Shown: one piece after another, positions 49,225 through 62,067 of the stretch
How the letters are laid out: each line of letters starts with the position of its first letter
Numbering within the stretch: the first letter of the stretch is position 1
NCBI GenBank assembly: GCA_003427395.1
Contig: BFEA01000003.1
Coordinates: 1,969,971-2,033,970, forward strand
Origin: Chara braunii
Lineage: Eukaryota; Plantae; Charophyceae
Length of the DNA stretch: 64,000 nt
Direction: 5' to 3'
Translations under genes and position numbers: made by a program
Notes under the pieces: model-generated
Database searches by the model: none
What the model saw: only the letters and a program-made list of their open reading frames with translations
Told to the model about the DNA's origin: nothing

Positions 49225-49548
49225 ACGAAGATTCAACCGGGTAGTGTATGTTTCCATGTTCTAGCCGAAGATTCATTGGATGTTGCTCATCCTATCGATG
49301 GAAGTAGCATTGCGGGAGCCGCGAGGTCGGAGAGTTATCGTCTCTCTCTCCCTTTCTCTCTCTCTCTCTCACACACACACGCACACGCAAACACACACGA
49401 ACGATTCATTCCGATTTCGCTAAAAAAGTGGCAGTGTATATTTCCACGTTTCAGCGGAAGATTCATTCCGTTTTTGCTCATCCTATCCATGGAATGGGTG
49501 TGTGTGTGAGAGAGAGTCTCTCTCTCTCTCTCTGTGTGTGAGTTATCG

Positions 49549-49580
<32 letters not shown>

Positions 49581-49692
49581 GCGAATGATTCATTCTGATT
49601 TTGCTCAAAAAGTGGCCGTGTATATTTCTACGTTTCCGCGGAAGATTCATTCCGTTTTAGCTCATCCTCTATGCAATGTGTGTGAGAGTTAT

Positions 49693-49743
<51 letters not shown>

Positions 49744-50117
49744 TGAACGATTCATTCCGATTTTGCTCAAAAAGTGGCAGTGTATATTTCCACGTTTCGC
49801 TCTCTCACACACGCGCGCGAATGATTCATTCCGATTTTGCTCAAAAAGTGGCGGTGTATATTTCCACGTTTCAGTGGAAGATTCATTCCGTTTTTGCTCA
49901 TCCTATATGCAATGTGTGTGTGTGAGAGTTGTGGTCTCTCTCTCTCTCTCTCTCAGATGCACACACACACAAACGATTCATTCCGATTTTGCTAAAAAAG
50001 ACACGAAAGATTCATTCCGATTTTGCTCAAAAAGTGGCAGGGTATATTTCCACGTTTCAGCGGAAGATTCATTCCGTTTTTGCTCATCGTATCGATGGAA
50101 TGTGTGTGAGAGTTATC

Positions 50118-50166
<49 letters not shown>

Positions 50167-50255
50167 GAACGAACGATTCATTCCGATTTTGCTCAAAAAG
50201 TGGCGGTGTATTTTTCCACGTTTCAGCGGAAGATTCATTCTGTTTTTGCCCATCC

Positions 50256-50289
<34 letters not shown>

Positions 50290-50440
50290 GCGATAAGTCT
50301 CCAACCCGCTTCTCGCCGCACGCTACTTGGATAGATAGAATCAGCGAATCGAAAAGTGGCAGTGTATATTTCCACGTTTCAGCGGAAGATTCATTCCGTT
50401 TTTGCTCATCCTGTCGATGGTGTGTGTGTGTGTGTGTGAT

Positions 50441-50488
<48 letters not shown>

Positions 50489-50600
50489 CACGCTACTTGG
50501 ATCGATGGAACGAGCAAATCAAAAAGTGGCACTGTATATTTCCCCGTTTCAGCAGAGGATTCATTCTCATTTTGCTCATCCTATCGATGGAATGTGTGTG
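49225..50600. repeat. Composite tandem array: ~100-bp core separated by (GT)(GA)(CT)(CA) microsatellite linkers, ~8 units
   Basis: Core GATTCATTCCGATTTTGCTCAAAAAGTGGCRGTGTATATTTCCACGTTTCAGCGGAAGATTCATTCCGTTTTTGCTCATCC recurs. Confidence 0.9.
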
Positions 50601-50841
50601 TAAGACGTTCATATTCGACCAAGGCGAGAGAGAGAGAGAGAGACGTTCATGATTCGACCAAGGAGAGGTGAGGGGATGTGACCGCACACACACAAACACA
50701 CACACACACACACACACACACAGAGGGAGAGAGAGAGAGGAGATACGGCTGCAGCCCGGCCGGATGTGACTGCGCAGGTACAAAGTAACAAGGAGAGAGA
50801 GAGAGAGAGATGGAGCAGACGACAAACGTGTGAAGAACACA

Positions 50842-50889
<48 letters not shown>

Positions 50890-51194
50890 CAGAGGGAGAG
50901 AGAGAGAAACAGACAGAGCAAGACGCCATCAGCGAGCGTGGCTGTGAGCCACGGCGTAGAAAAAAATAAACAAATCTCAGAAAACAAAATAGAGACATTA
51001 AAAAATACGCAAACAGAGACTCCACACTGCCCCTGCCCGAATGAAGCAATCCAAGGCCCAAAAAGTGTCCATGGCCCTAAAAGCCCACCCGAAACATGGG
51101 CCGTTTTACTTCAGGGCCCTCAGGCCCGAAGTCGGGCACCTATGGCCTGTGTGGGAGGCCTATGCATGCCTGTCTCTCTCTCTCTCTCTCTGTG

Positions 51195-51227
<33 letters not shown>

Positions 51228-51299
51228 TGGGCCGTTTTACTTCAGGGCCCTCAGGTTCGAAGTCAGGCACCTAGGGCCTGTGTGTGAGGCCTACGCATG

Positions 51300-51345
<46 letters not shown>

Positions 51346-52258
51346 CCCTATCCTATCCTCTGGAAGAACTGACAACAATGGGCAGTTAGCTCATCTACAC
51401 TTTCCTTGCCACTTCAGACACTTGAAGGATGCTGATATGGCCAGTCAGCATTCATATGCGACACTGCCCCGGTAGTTTTATGCTCCACAGGGAAAGCTGC
51501 CTCAAGGGCAGAGAAATCATGCCTTTCAATTTGCACCTTCGGCGACCTCCAGGACTCTGCATCAGCTGCAACCTACACCACCCATGGAGGGCAAGATAGG
51601 AACAAAGAAACAAAGAAGGGCCCACCCATAACGGATGTAAGTGGGCTTTGGATACCTCCCTGTGCTGAGGGAAAAGTGCTAGCTGCTCTTTTCCAAGCAA
51701 GCCTCTGGCATATACGTCTGCGCGACTCTGCAGCCCCTGGCTGACAAGTTCCTCTGGATTGATATTTCCACAATGAGATGATGTGGCCATTCTTCCTTTT
51801 CTTTTCTTTTCTTTTTTTTTTCTCTTTTTTTTGTTTGACTAAGCTCCATTCTATTGGTGGGGAGCAGCACCTGATGGAAACCGGGTCCATCATCCCATTA
51901 TACATGAAAGGCTCAGAATGCTCAGAATACGGCCCGGCCTTTTTCACGACCAGAAACCGTCTGACATCTTCTCCATGCTTTCTGTGGTTGGATTCCGCAC
52001 GTCGTTTGTGGGTATTAAAGTTGACGTACACAAAAACACCCTGCTGTCTCCGATCAATAAAGGACGTCCACGATCCACATTGGCCTAGCTGGCAAGAACA
52101 AAGATTGTCGCTCTTATTTATATTGGTTTAGGCCCTTTAGGGGCATGAACACTACTAGCCTTGGGATCCCTCCAGGTCAGTAGACGTAAATAGACCACCA
52201 CCCTCAGACGTAATAACTGTGTATTGGTTTAGGCTCTTCAGGGGCATGAGCACTACTA

Positions 52259-52346
52259 CCTTCTTCCCCCGAACATAACGCATATGCGTTGTACTCGAGT
52301 TTCCAAATTTGACAACGCATATGCGTTATGTTCGGGGGGGAAAAAG
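52259..52346. mobile_element. 88-bp Tc1/mariner-type MITE with TA TSD
   Basis: TIRs CCCCCGAACATAACGCATATGCGTTG and its complement; the paralogous empty site CACTACTAGCCTTGGGATCCC at ~52150 has a single TA. Confidence 0.88.
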
Positions 52347-52476
52347 TAGCCTTGGGATCCCTCCAGGTCACTAGACGTAAAGGGACCGCCGCCCTCAGAC
52401 ATAATAACTGCATTAAAACACTTTGCCATTTGGGCAATCCGCCCTTCCGTGCATGGCTACATTCAACTTGTTTGCT

Positions 52477-52512
<36 letters not shown>

Positions 52513-53414
52513 CCATCGATGATCCTACAGGGAATGATACGAGTACCCCATGAAAAAGGAAAGACAGATTGATGCCATCCTTCATGTTGCATGATCCACA
52601 CTCGCCCCCCTTCCGGACGCGGCCAGCAAAGAGAAGTACGGGAAAATGTAGGAAAATTACGTAAATGGCATTGTGTACTCCTACTCACTTGGAAAAGGCA
52701 AAAACTTAAAGACCATCCTCGCTGATGATACTATAGTGTTCAGTGACTTTGGACCCGATTTCCAGCAGGCGCTGCTCCCAACCAAGAGACGGAGTCTCCC
52801 CGGGAGCACTGTCGGTGCCTGCGCTTATCGGCACCCCTAGCATCAACTCAGGCACTTGGGAAAAAAAGGAAGGAAAAAAAAAACCAGAAATGATCATATG
52901 ATTTTTCCGAATTGCTGATTTCTTGAATTTCCAATCAAAAAGTTCTTCAAACTCTGGCGCTAGTGGCAGGGAAAAGCACATTCATAGAGGCTCGAAGAGC
53001 AGATGCGAAGCGTCTGCACCTCGTTTCCAACAAGGTTGCGATGGTGGGAGATAACGCGCTCTGCGGCTATGCGGGGAAGGGGCCAGCCTGTCGGGTGGAA
53101 AATAGGGTACAGCAGCGGTGAGACGGTGGCTTCATCACAGTGAAAAAAAAAACAAAAAAACCTGGCCGGAGTGTAGGGTCGAGAAGGTCGTTCTGTGGGA
53201 TACCTGCGGCCAGCGCCTGAAGGAGCTGGATGACCGGAACCACAGCTATGACGCTGATTGGTGGTTTGGCTGGTATCTGCTGAAGCCCTGGGTCCCAGTC
53301 GTTTGTGAATAGACGAGGCCAAAACAACGCTGGTCGGTGCTGGGGCTTGGTCGCGCTGCCTTGTAACTCTAGCTGTACGAGGGCATGAGACTTGGTAGAG
53401 AGATCTAGGGAGTT

Positions 53415-53735
53415 GGTACTCTAGTGTCTCTTGGCGATCTGGTAGTCGAGGGTGGAAGGCACTCTAGTGTCTCTTCGAGAGCCGATACTTGGTCAATGTT
53501 GGCCGGAGCCGCACTCTAGTGTCTCTTCGAGAGCTGGTACTTGGTCAACGCTGGCCCGAGCCACACTCTAGTGTCTCTTCGAGAGCCGGTACTTAGTCAA
53601 CGCTGGCCGGAGCCGCGGTGGGTCGTGCCACCCTTTAACCTAGCAGTTCGAGGTGGGTCGTTTTGCCCTGTAGCATACAAGGAGCTGGGGATCTTCCGGG
53701 CTGGGTCGTGCCACCCTGTAACCTAGCAGTTGGAG
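53415..53735. repeat. ~53-bp tandem repeats plus a short duplication
   Basis: ACTCTAGTGTCTCTTCGAGAGCCGGTACTTGGTCAACGCTGGCCGGAGCCGC x3-4. Confidence 0.85.
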
Positions 53736-56203
53736 GAGATTGGGTATCGGCGGGATATAGGGGTGAGGCAGGTAGGGTTGGGCTGCTGAAAGGCTCTCTA
53801 AAGCAGGTGGCTCTCGGTCGGAATGCTCCTTGGATCAACGGTTCGGGGTTAGAGGAATTCAATGTTCTTGTGTACGTCACATATAACTATCTCATTCTTA
53901 GACGAAGCCAGATAACAGCCCGGTACCTTAAATGTTTCTGCGTAAATTTCTCAATATGTTCTTGAAAGGGGCGATGGCCCGGCTCCCAGGATATACCGGT
54001 CCCCCCACAAATAGATTTGATCATGTCGTTTTTTTTGGGGGAAAAAAAGAACACAAGGCAAAAACTCGCCCTGCAAACAATGTGTGCGTGAGCTGTGGTT
54101 AACAGGCCTGTCGTCTTGCGACGAGAGCTGGAAGGTGTGTTGCCTTCATAAGAAAGCCGAGATCTGACAGTCAGGGCTAATAGCGTCCCCGGTCAAGCAG
54201 CCATCGTCCCCGATGGACAAAATTCAATGAAACGTCTGCGCTGTCCATTCGGGGTAATCTACTAAACATCGCAAGATCGTTTTGAAGCAACAGGTCACCA
54301 GCGTCCGCTTAGCGGAGGAATGAAGGCTAGCAAGAGGTAGCATCCACCGACGAATGAAGGCCAGAACAGCAAGAGGCAGCCAGCGAGAGGAGCTGCGACC
54401 GTCCGCAAGACCTTCGCTTCCAGTCGTGAACATGAGAACACGATCGCTCCACAGAGATCCCAACTCCGGTCGTGAACATGAGAACACGATCGCTCCACAT
54501 AAGAAGGAATATCGGCAGAGCTCACAGCCTACAACATACACTCACCCGAAAACCGGGAGATACATTACAATGGCAACGCATCATCGCAGCGTTCCAGCGG
54601 AAGGTGAGCAAGGAAACAGCCCAAGGTGTCAATCACACGCACAGAGAAGTGCGGACTGATCAAGGGTACAACCAGTCTGCTCCACTTCCGAATTAAAAAC
54701 CACCAGCACTTGGCCCAGCTATCGACCGCCGAAAAAAATAGACTAGCAACGTTTGTAGTCGGTCATGACCGAACGTGGACGCTCCTGTAGTAGCCCGCAC
54801 GTTTCTTAAAGTCCTGGCGCGTTAACGGGCACGACTCCAGGACGTACTCGTGGTTTAACGGAAGCATCAAACCCTAAACTGGAAGCACGCTATAGACTAA
54901 GTACACTACACCTACGTCAACAGAATGACCACGCCCTTCCTGATTCGTTGTTCTGTGTCCACAGTCATCCATAGAGATTAGTATGCTCACTCTGGACCAT
55001 TCAGCTATAGCTCCGAGGCTCAATCAATACTCTTATAGAGATCCACACCAACTTCCCGCCGGGTCCCCTCTTCACTCTGGGCCACCGCACGCCCTCGCCC
55101 CCACCCGCACGCCCTCGACCCCAAATTCCCAACACTGGCAATGGGCCTCGCTGCACTACTCTCGAAATGTGCAAAATGAGAGCCAATCTTCCGCTACAAT
55201 ATGGAACGATACACGGCCATGATTTTTGTCTGTTGTGCATGTCGAGAGTAGTGCAGCGACGCCCAATGATCGTCCACTTCGAAGTAGACATATGCCTAAC
55301 CGCGCTCCACGAGAAGCATTTACCTTTGTTGGTAGAGTCCCTCGCTTACGTCAAGAGAGGGGCAGTTGCAAGTCGCATTACATTCCTAAGTAAGAACATT
55401 TAGCTTAGCTCGTTAAACAGAGAACTGCCGCCTTCCACCGAACATAACGCAGCCTAAAAATGAATGTATACAAGACATATTTCCGGCCAGATACCGCCAA
55501 AATGAGGGTGCGTTGTGTTCGGGGCAAGACGGTAGTTCGTCACGCCACAAGTTGCGAGTTCAAAACCCGTTTTTACATCAAGAGAGGTATAACTCAGCTA
55601 CGTTCCCTGAGTGGCTGGCTGACGGCATTGTTCGCTGAATCGATATATATATATACAACAAGATTGTCGCGCAAATAATCAGACGACGAAAAGACCCACA
55701 CTTAGGTCTACTGAACACGGAGAAAAGATCGTTTAAACAGTCGAAAAGGAAATTTATCGCAACAAGTGGAACCTTCTCTTAAATTTATTTTCACCTTCCA
55801 CTACCTACCTACCACTACTCGCAAGGCTATGTAGAGGGGACCCCTGCAAGCATAGGCCTCACTAACTTGGAGGGATTCATGTTGCCTCCTGTCCCAACAG
55901 CGGTTGTCAGAGATGGGGTGGGCCTGACGATGCTGCCGATGTGGGTCCGGCTTAGGGAAAGACTGAGCATTTTGCCAGTAGCTGCACCTTCCTTCCCTTT
56001 TCATCGTCCCCAAACCCCATCGAATAGCAGCAGCGTCTCTGGCCGACGCTCGCCAGTCTCTCCCATACACCCCACGCAACCCCCCTCACACTCACACTCA
56101 CACTCACACTCACAATCACACCCGTGTTGGGCAAAGACCCTGCTAAGACCGATCAGAGGTATCACGCTGACTATCACAGCTCGGTTGGCACTAAGTGCGC
56201 TGC

Positions 56204-56259
56204 AGGCCAATCATGGGGCTCGAACCCACAACCTCCTGAATGCCACTTGGGTGCCAGCA
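56204..56259 (-). mobile_element. Partial tRNA-derived SINE head
   Basis: Shares CAAGTGGCATTCAGGAGG-TGGGTTCGAGCCCCA (B box) with the head of the 58693-59102 SINE. Confidence 0.6.
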
Positions 56260-57020
56260 CATGTTGAGAATCTTTTTGTTTTTTGTTTTTTTGTTTTTAA
56301 TAACACAAAATACCCCTCCAGTGCTCGTGGTGCTGGTAGAAGCAGACACGGGTAGCACTTGGGGAGAGGCTCCATCTATATTTAGTGGGAGGCTGGGTGC
56401 ATCACCTGCTGGAAAATGGGTCCTCTGTCCCTTATACCAAATGATTCAGAAGAAGCGTCAGAGGAATCAGGAAAGTATCTGGTAAACGCCTGTCAGCATT
56501 GATTACTCTGGATTCTAGAGGATTAACTCAGCAGGTTGGTGAAGGGCTCTGCTAATGTCAATCTTTTCCACTCCAGCTGTACCCGTCCACCCTGTCCAAC
56601 CGTCTTTTTTATGAAAGACGTCTGCCAAAAGAGCAATTTCCCACAGCTGGAGACCGGGTCCGGCATCCCTCGCTTGGAGACACAATGGGACCGCTGGGGG
56701 GCACCAGCGGGACCACGCGTCTCCGAGTCCCCGCCCTTCTCTAAACCATCCTTCCTTCCTTCCTCCTCCTCTTCTTCTCCTTGCCATCGCAGGTAGGACC
56801 AGGACAGTCTCTCTTCTCTCCGGCTCCACTTCTCCTCTGCCTCTCTCGGATCTTCTTCTTCGTCGTCGTCGTTGTCGTCATCGTCGTCTTCTTCTTCGTC
56901 TTCTCTCCTCCGTCTCCTCCGTCTCCTCCTTCTTCTTCGTCTTCTTCTCCTCCTCCTCCTCCTTCTCCCCCGTCTCCTCCTCCTCCTCCCCCGTCTCCTC
57001 CTTCTCCTCCTTCTCCTGCT

Positions 57021-57061
<41 letters not shown>

Positions 57062-58692
57062 TTTTTGTCGGGGAGGCTCCATCTATTGATGGGGAGAAGC
57101 ACCTGCTGGAAAGCAGGTCCAGCGTCCCTGAACGTCATAGTTACTTATTTGAATAGACACCCGATTGTAGCTGCTGCCAGCCGCATGAACCACTCCCAAA
57201 GTAAGGAATTTGGCAGGTGGAACCCCACCCACGACTACTCATTAACCAGAGAGAGAGAGAACTCAACCCTCTTTTCTGTAACCACAAATTCCTGCTCATG
57301 CTATGGCGCCTTCCAGATTAAAAAAAGGGGAAACAATTCCTGCTCAACACCTCTGCTCCTTCCCTGTCCTTCTTCTTTTTTTTAAGCCCCTTTGCAAGGC
57401 CTCTATCCCGGTGGTGGTCCCCTCGACACCATAACACTCCCTTCTCCTGTCTTGGTGGCACACTCAGAGCAAATCCCCTGAAAAACTTCGGCCTCCTGCA
57501 TGACCTGAGGGCTCTCTTTCTGCCTGCACTTCTGTGGACACCTTGCTCTCGTGTTTCTGTTTTCATTAAAATTTTAAAAATGCGGATTCAAATGACTCAC
57601 ACACCCTTCACCCGTCACACTATCGTGTTCGCATGCCTTTGCAATCAGACTCGTCTTCTTCCTTATTCCGCATGCATGTAAACGGATGGCAATCCACACT
57701 GGTGCCAGGCGCCCACACAAAGCTCAGAGATATCAAAGCCGAGAACACAGTTCAGATTCAGGCTTGCTTCAAAATGGCTATGGCGCTTGAGCACCCTCAC
57801 GTCACCCTTCCGACTCTGTATTCACAGCAACTGTTCACACACACAACACTCTGGATCTCCCTGGATGTTCCACGCACACTCACTTTGCACCGCACACTCA
57901 CACACACACTCACTACAGACTAACTCAGAGTCTAAGCTATGGCAGCTATGGCTGCCTTCTACCTCCTAGCTACTAACAGCGATGGCCGCTCTGTCTCCCT
58001 CGCAGCCCACTTCGACTTCGGGCATCTGCAGACCACCTCACACAAGACGCTCCGGCAGCGCTGCCGCATGGCTCACGCAGAATGAATGAATGGCTATAAT
58101 TCTGTTGGTCGCTGGTCTGCTCTTTTCCGCCGGGCCCAGGGTGCACACAGTCCCACATGGTACTTGCTGACTTGACAATGTGAGATTGGGACTGGGTACT
58201 GCTGACTAAGCAAAGTTGGACTACCCACTTGCCCACTTGCCTCTGGTGTAACTTGAGCAACGCTCGAAAGGCCACTTCTGGATCTTCCGGACCTTCCGGA
58301 CCTTCCAGACCTACCGGAACCTTCTGGAAGTCTGTAGACTTGGCCTTTCGAAACTGTAGCAGCTACGACTTTGACCTTTCAGACCTGGAAGAGCTCAGCA
58401 CGGAGTAAGACTGTGTCGAAAAGTTTTAGAAGGGTTTGTTAGGGATCCTGAGGGTTATGAGCATTTGTAGGACCTCTGTGGCAGCCAATGCATGAGTAGT
58501 TCTTTAATAGGTCATTAGATATTCATGATCAAACTGTTTTCAGCCGAAGTCGGGTAATGGCCCCGGTATCTCAAATGATCTCAAATGTTCTCAAATGATC
58601 TGTACGATTCGATATGGGACGCTCCCATCATCAAATGATCTGTACGATTCGATATGGGACGCTCCCAGCACGTGCTGCTCCCCACGAATAGA

Positions 58693-59102
58693 TTTTTTTT
58701 TTTTCTTCCAAAAGGGCGATGGCCTTGAGGTATTATCATCGGACTAACCAGCCCAGGCAAATTCAATATTGTGTCTAATCTGACATAGGTGGCCTTTTCA
58801 GCCCAGGGTGGCCTTGATTGCCTTCAGGGAACCCTCAACGGGGGACATCGCCCAGGGGACAGCCGGTGGCAGAGGGACCGAGCATCATCTGAGTGGCCAG
58901 TCGCTGTGCCTCCCCGATTACCCCTTCCCCTATGAACATCAGCAGAGACTGCTTTTTAATGCCAATTGGGGGGACCAACGTGCTATCTCTAGGTGGCGGG
59001 CGCCAAGCATGCCCAGGAAGGTACATGAGGCCAATGGGGATTGAACCCAAGACCTCCTGAATGCCACTTGCGTGCCTTACCAACTGAGCTAGGCCGCTGG
59101 AT
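58693..59102 (-). mobile_element. tRNA-derived SINE, ~410 bp
   Basis: Minus-strand head GCGGCCTAGCTCAGTTGGTAAGGCAC...GGTCTTGGGTTCAATCCCCA (A and B boxes), poly(A) tail at ~58693-58704, flanking direct repeat CCCAC(G/T)AATAGATT. Confidence 0.85.
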
Positions 59103-59482
59103 TCCCACTAATAGATTGGAGCACTTGTTAAAAAAAAAAAAAAAAAAAAAAAAACTTTCAGAATTGCTACAGCTATGACCCCTACACAGCTGCGAACCCT
59201 ACTCAGCAGACCTACGGATAGAAACCCGACAACTACATAGACCTACGACAGACACCTGTCACCTACCAAGACACAGGTCGCGGGTTCGAACACACAGGGT
59301 CGCCTTGATACTGTACACGGGTGAGAACAGGGCTAGGGATAGAGCCCTGGGATCTACATCTGCTACTGCGAAGGTGAAAACCGTTTCACCTTGCCAAGAA
59401 AAGGTGCCCCCCTGCGCGGATGGCATAGATGTGGCTGGCCCACTTGTTTTTTGACAAGTGCTTCCACTTGTCTTTTGAAAAG

Positions 59483-59988
59483 TAACAGCAATTTTGTCAA
59501 AATGGACATTTTTCATTTTTTGAACAAAATTTAAACCGGCTAAGTCGGCCCGACTAAGGTCAATTTTTTTTGCTCCTGAGGGTCCGACGTTCTTTAAAAT
59601 GCCATGACCCCTGGACTCCACCCAAGTCCAGGTACATCCAGGGGGTTCGACATTCTTAAACCACCAGTTCTTCCTAAAGTCGTGCCCCTATGCAAGCCAC
59701 GATTTTAGGAAACGTATGCGCCACTACAGGAGCGCCCAAATTCATTGGACTAGAAACATTTCTACTCCATTTTTTTTTCTGCAGTCGATAGCTGGGCCAA
59801 GTACTGGTGGTTTACAATGCCGTACCCCCTGGACTCCACCGAAGTCCAGGTACATCGAGGGGGGTTGGCATTTTAAGAATGCCAAATCCTCAAGAGCTAA
59901 AAAAATTGACCTAAATTGGGCCAATTTAGCTGGTTTCAATTTCGTTCAAAAAATGAAAAAAATGTCCATTTTGACGAAATTGCGGTTA
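59483..59988. mobile_element. Foldback MITE with ~120-bp inverted arms
   Basis: TAACAGCAATTTTGTCAAAATGGACATTTTT / AAAAATGTCCATTTTGACGAAATTGCGGTTA; internal direct repeat CCCCTGGACTCCACC.AAGTCCAGGTACATC. Confidence 0.85.
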
Positions 59989-61975
59989 AGTGGTTTGATC
60001 ATGCACCATGCTGTTTCGCGGTCTGCAGCATCGCCCTCGTTCGTTCTGGGAGCAGAAAACAGACCAGGATTTGTGTTTGATGTCGTGCTCCCAAGAGGTG
60101 GCCAGGTTCAGGCTGAGGCTGGAGCCAGGTCTGTCTTTGAGGGCAAATATAGACCAGGTTCAAGATGATTTGTGTGCTGAGCTTCAGGCATTCCTGTCTG
60201 AATGGCTTTTCACGTCCTGCGATGCGCTGACCTCCCGTGAGATGTCCTGAGCAGGCCACTGCCAGTACCTAGGAGAGCACATTTCTTTGGCTGGGATTTT
60301 CCCTTACCCGATTGCCGAAAGGGTACTGTACCGGTTCTTTTTCTTTCTTTCTTTTTTTTCAAAATCTGTACCGGTTCTCCTTACGCTCCGCACCAAAAAC
60401 TGGTCCGGCAGCGGGTCTCCTTAGGCTTGGCACCAAAGAAACTGGGCTTTTTTTTTTCTTTTTTTTTTTCAGTCTTGTATCGGGTCTTTGTGAGTCAAGT
60501 TTGGAGACATGGTTCAAGCCCAGACCTATGACTCAATCTCTTGTGCAAAGAGGCCGAGGATTCCATACTACACATGCTATAGAAGGTTCAAAAAAGTAAT
60601 GATAAACTCGCGAGGATTCCAAAATTTGTGTCGCACCCCTCAATGTTGAATTTATTTGCACATAGCGCCCCTCTGACGGCCGACTTACCCTGTTGTGCCC
60701 CTGGGGCCGAAAAAACTTTCAGCAGACCCCTATCAAGAGGGGACACAACTTTTCGGGACGCCCTTTGTGGACTGCCGGTCCCATTATACCGGACCCTCTG
60801 CGGTATGGCGCCATGAGGGGTGCACATCTTTCTCTCATGACCTCGTCTTCTCCTCCTGCTCATAGTCTTCCACCTCCTCATTGCACTATCCTCCTGTTTG
60901 TCGTCCTCCCCCCACTCCTACTTCCCCTCCTCCTCCCGCTTGTCATCCCGCTGTGACGAACTATTTTCTGTAATCACACGACTTTCTGCGCGAAGCGGCT
61001 TCGGGGGTTGGGGACTGGTTGGTCGGGTGGAGTGCAGGGGTATGGATCAGCTGGGCAAGTTGCATGGATACCCTCGCTTCTTTCTTCTTGGCTTTCGGGA
61101 CCGGGGCCGGGAAAGTCCTGCGCAGACGATTGAGTAACCGCGCCTTAGCGAGCGCAATAAATAACGGTTGTCATAGCTTCTGTCTTGTTCTGTTGTGAGA
61201 AAGGGGAATTTTGGCACAGTCAGCGCGCGGGAATGTCGTTTTTCAAATTTACAACTGATGTCGAGCCCCTACAGGCTCTCAGAATTGTTTCTCTGTCTTT
61301 TCGGAATTTCTTTTTGCAAATAGGAATTAGACTAGGAATTTAGGTACTCTGACTGTATCGCGGTCGCCGCGCTTCTTGGTTGCGCACCTCTCACCTCGGT
61401 GGGTACTGGGCTCTGACTGTATCGCGCCCTTAATCCTGCGTGTAACTGTATTTTTTGGCGGGCGCGATTGTAACTGTACTCCTTCTTCTTGAGTCTCTCG
61501 TGCTTCCGGGCCCGCCTTCTCCCTCTCTGTCATGCATACCTCGTCCTCCATTCTAATTGGCCTGAGCGACTACATGATCGGATCGATGCGTGGAGTGTGG
61601 CTGCATCCCCCTAGTCGCGGCCTGGCCATGCAGACGTAGGCATTTCCTTCTCTTCCCCTTCCTCTCACTTAGGCATAATCCTGTGTTTCTCGCGCAAGCA
61701 TGCATGTTATATTTTTTGCAAGCGTGATTAGTTGTTTCTCTATGAACTTGGAAGTTTTCGCGGTCAGCGAGGATCGACTAACGATTAAGTTGGAAGGCGA
61801 GTAGAAGTTAGTCGGGTCATCCGACGAGCTGGTGTTGAGTAAGCGGGGTTGACTTGCGGGCCACGACGGACGGTGGCGCGCGGGCGAACTTGGCTTGCGT
61901 GCTTGGACTACTAAGCGGGGTGATGACTCGGTGTTGGTGCGAGGCGACGGACTGCCCACATTGAAGGTGATGTGG

Positions 61976-62065
<90 letters not shown>

Positions 62066-62067
62066 AG

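Noticed and set aside
53180-53280. KVVLWDTCGQ resembling the small-GTPase WDTAGQ motif
   Set aside because: No P-loop or NKxD motif found and no convincing exon boundaries; likely chance.
54868-54879. AAACCCTAAAC as a telomerase RNA template
   Set aside because: Single telo-box-like word with no recognisable USE/TATA Pol III promoter or terminator.
59030-59097. Functional tRNA gene
   Set aside because: Anticodon and acceptor stems do not pair properly; it is followed by a body, poly(A) and TSD, so it is a SINE head.
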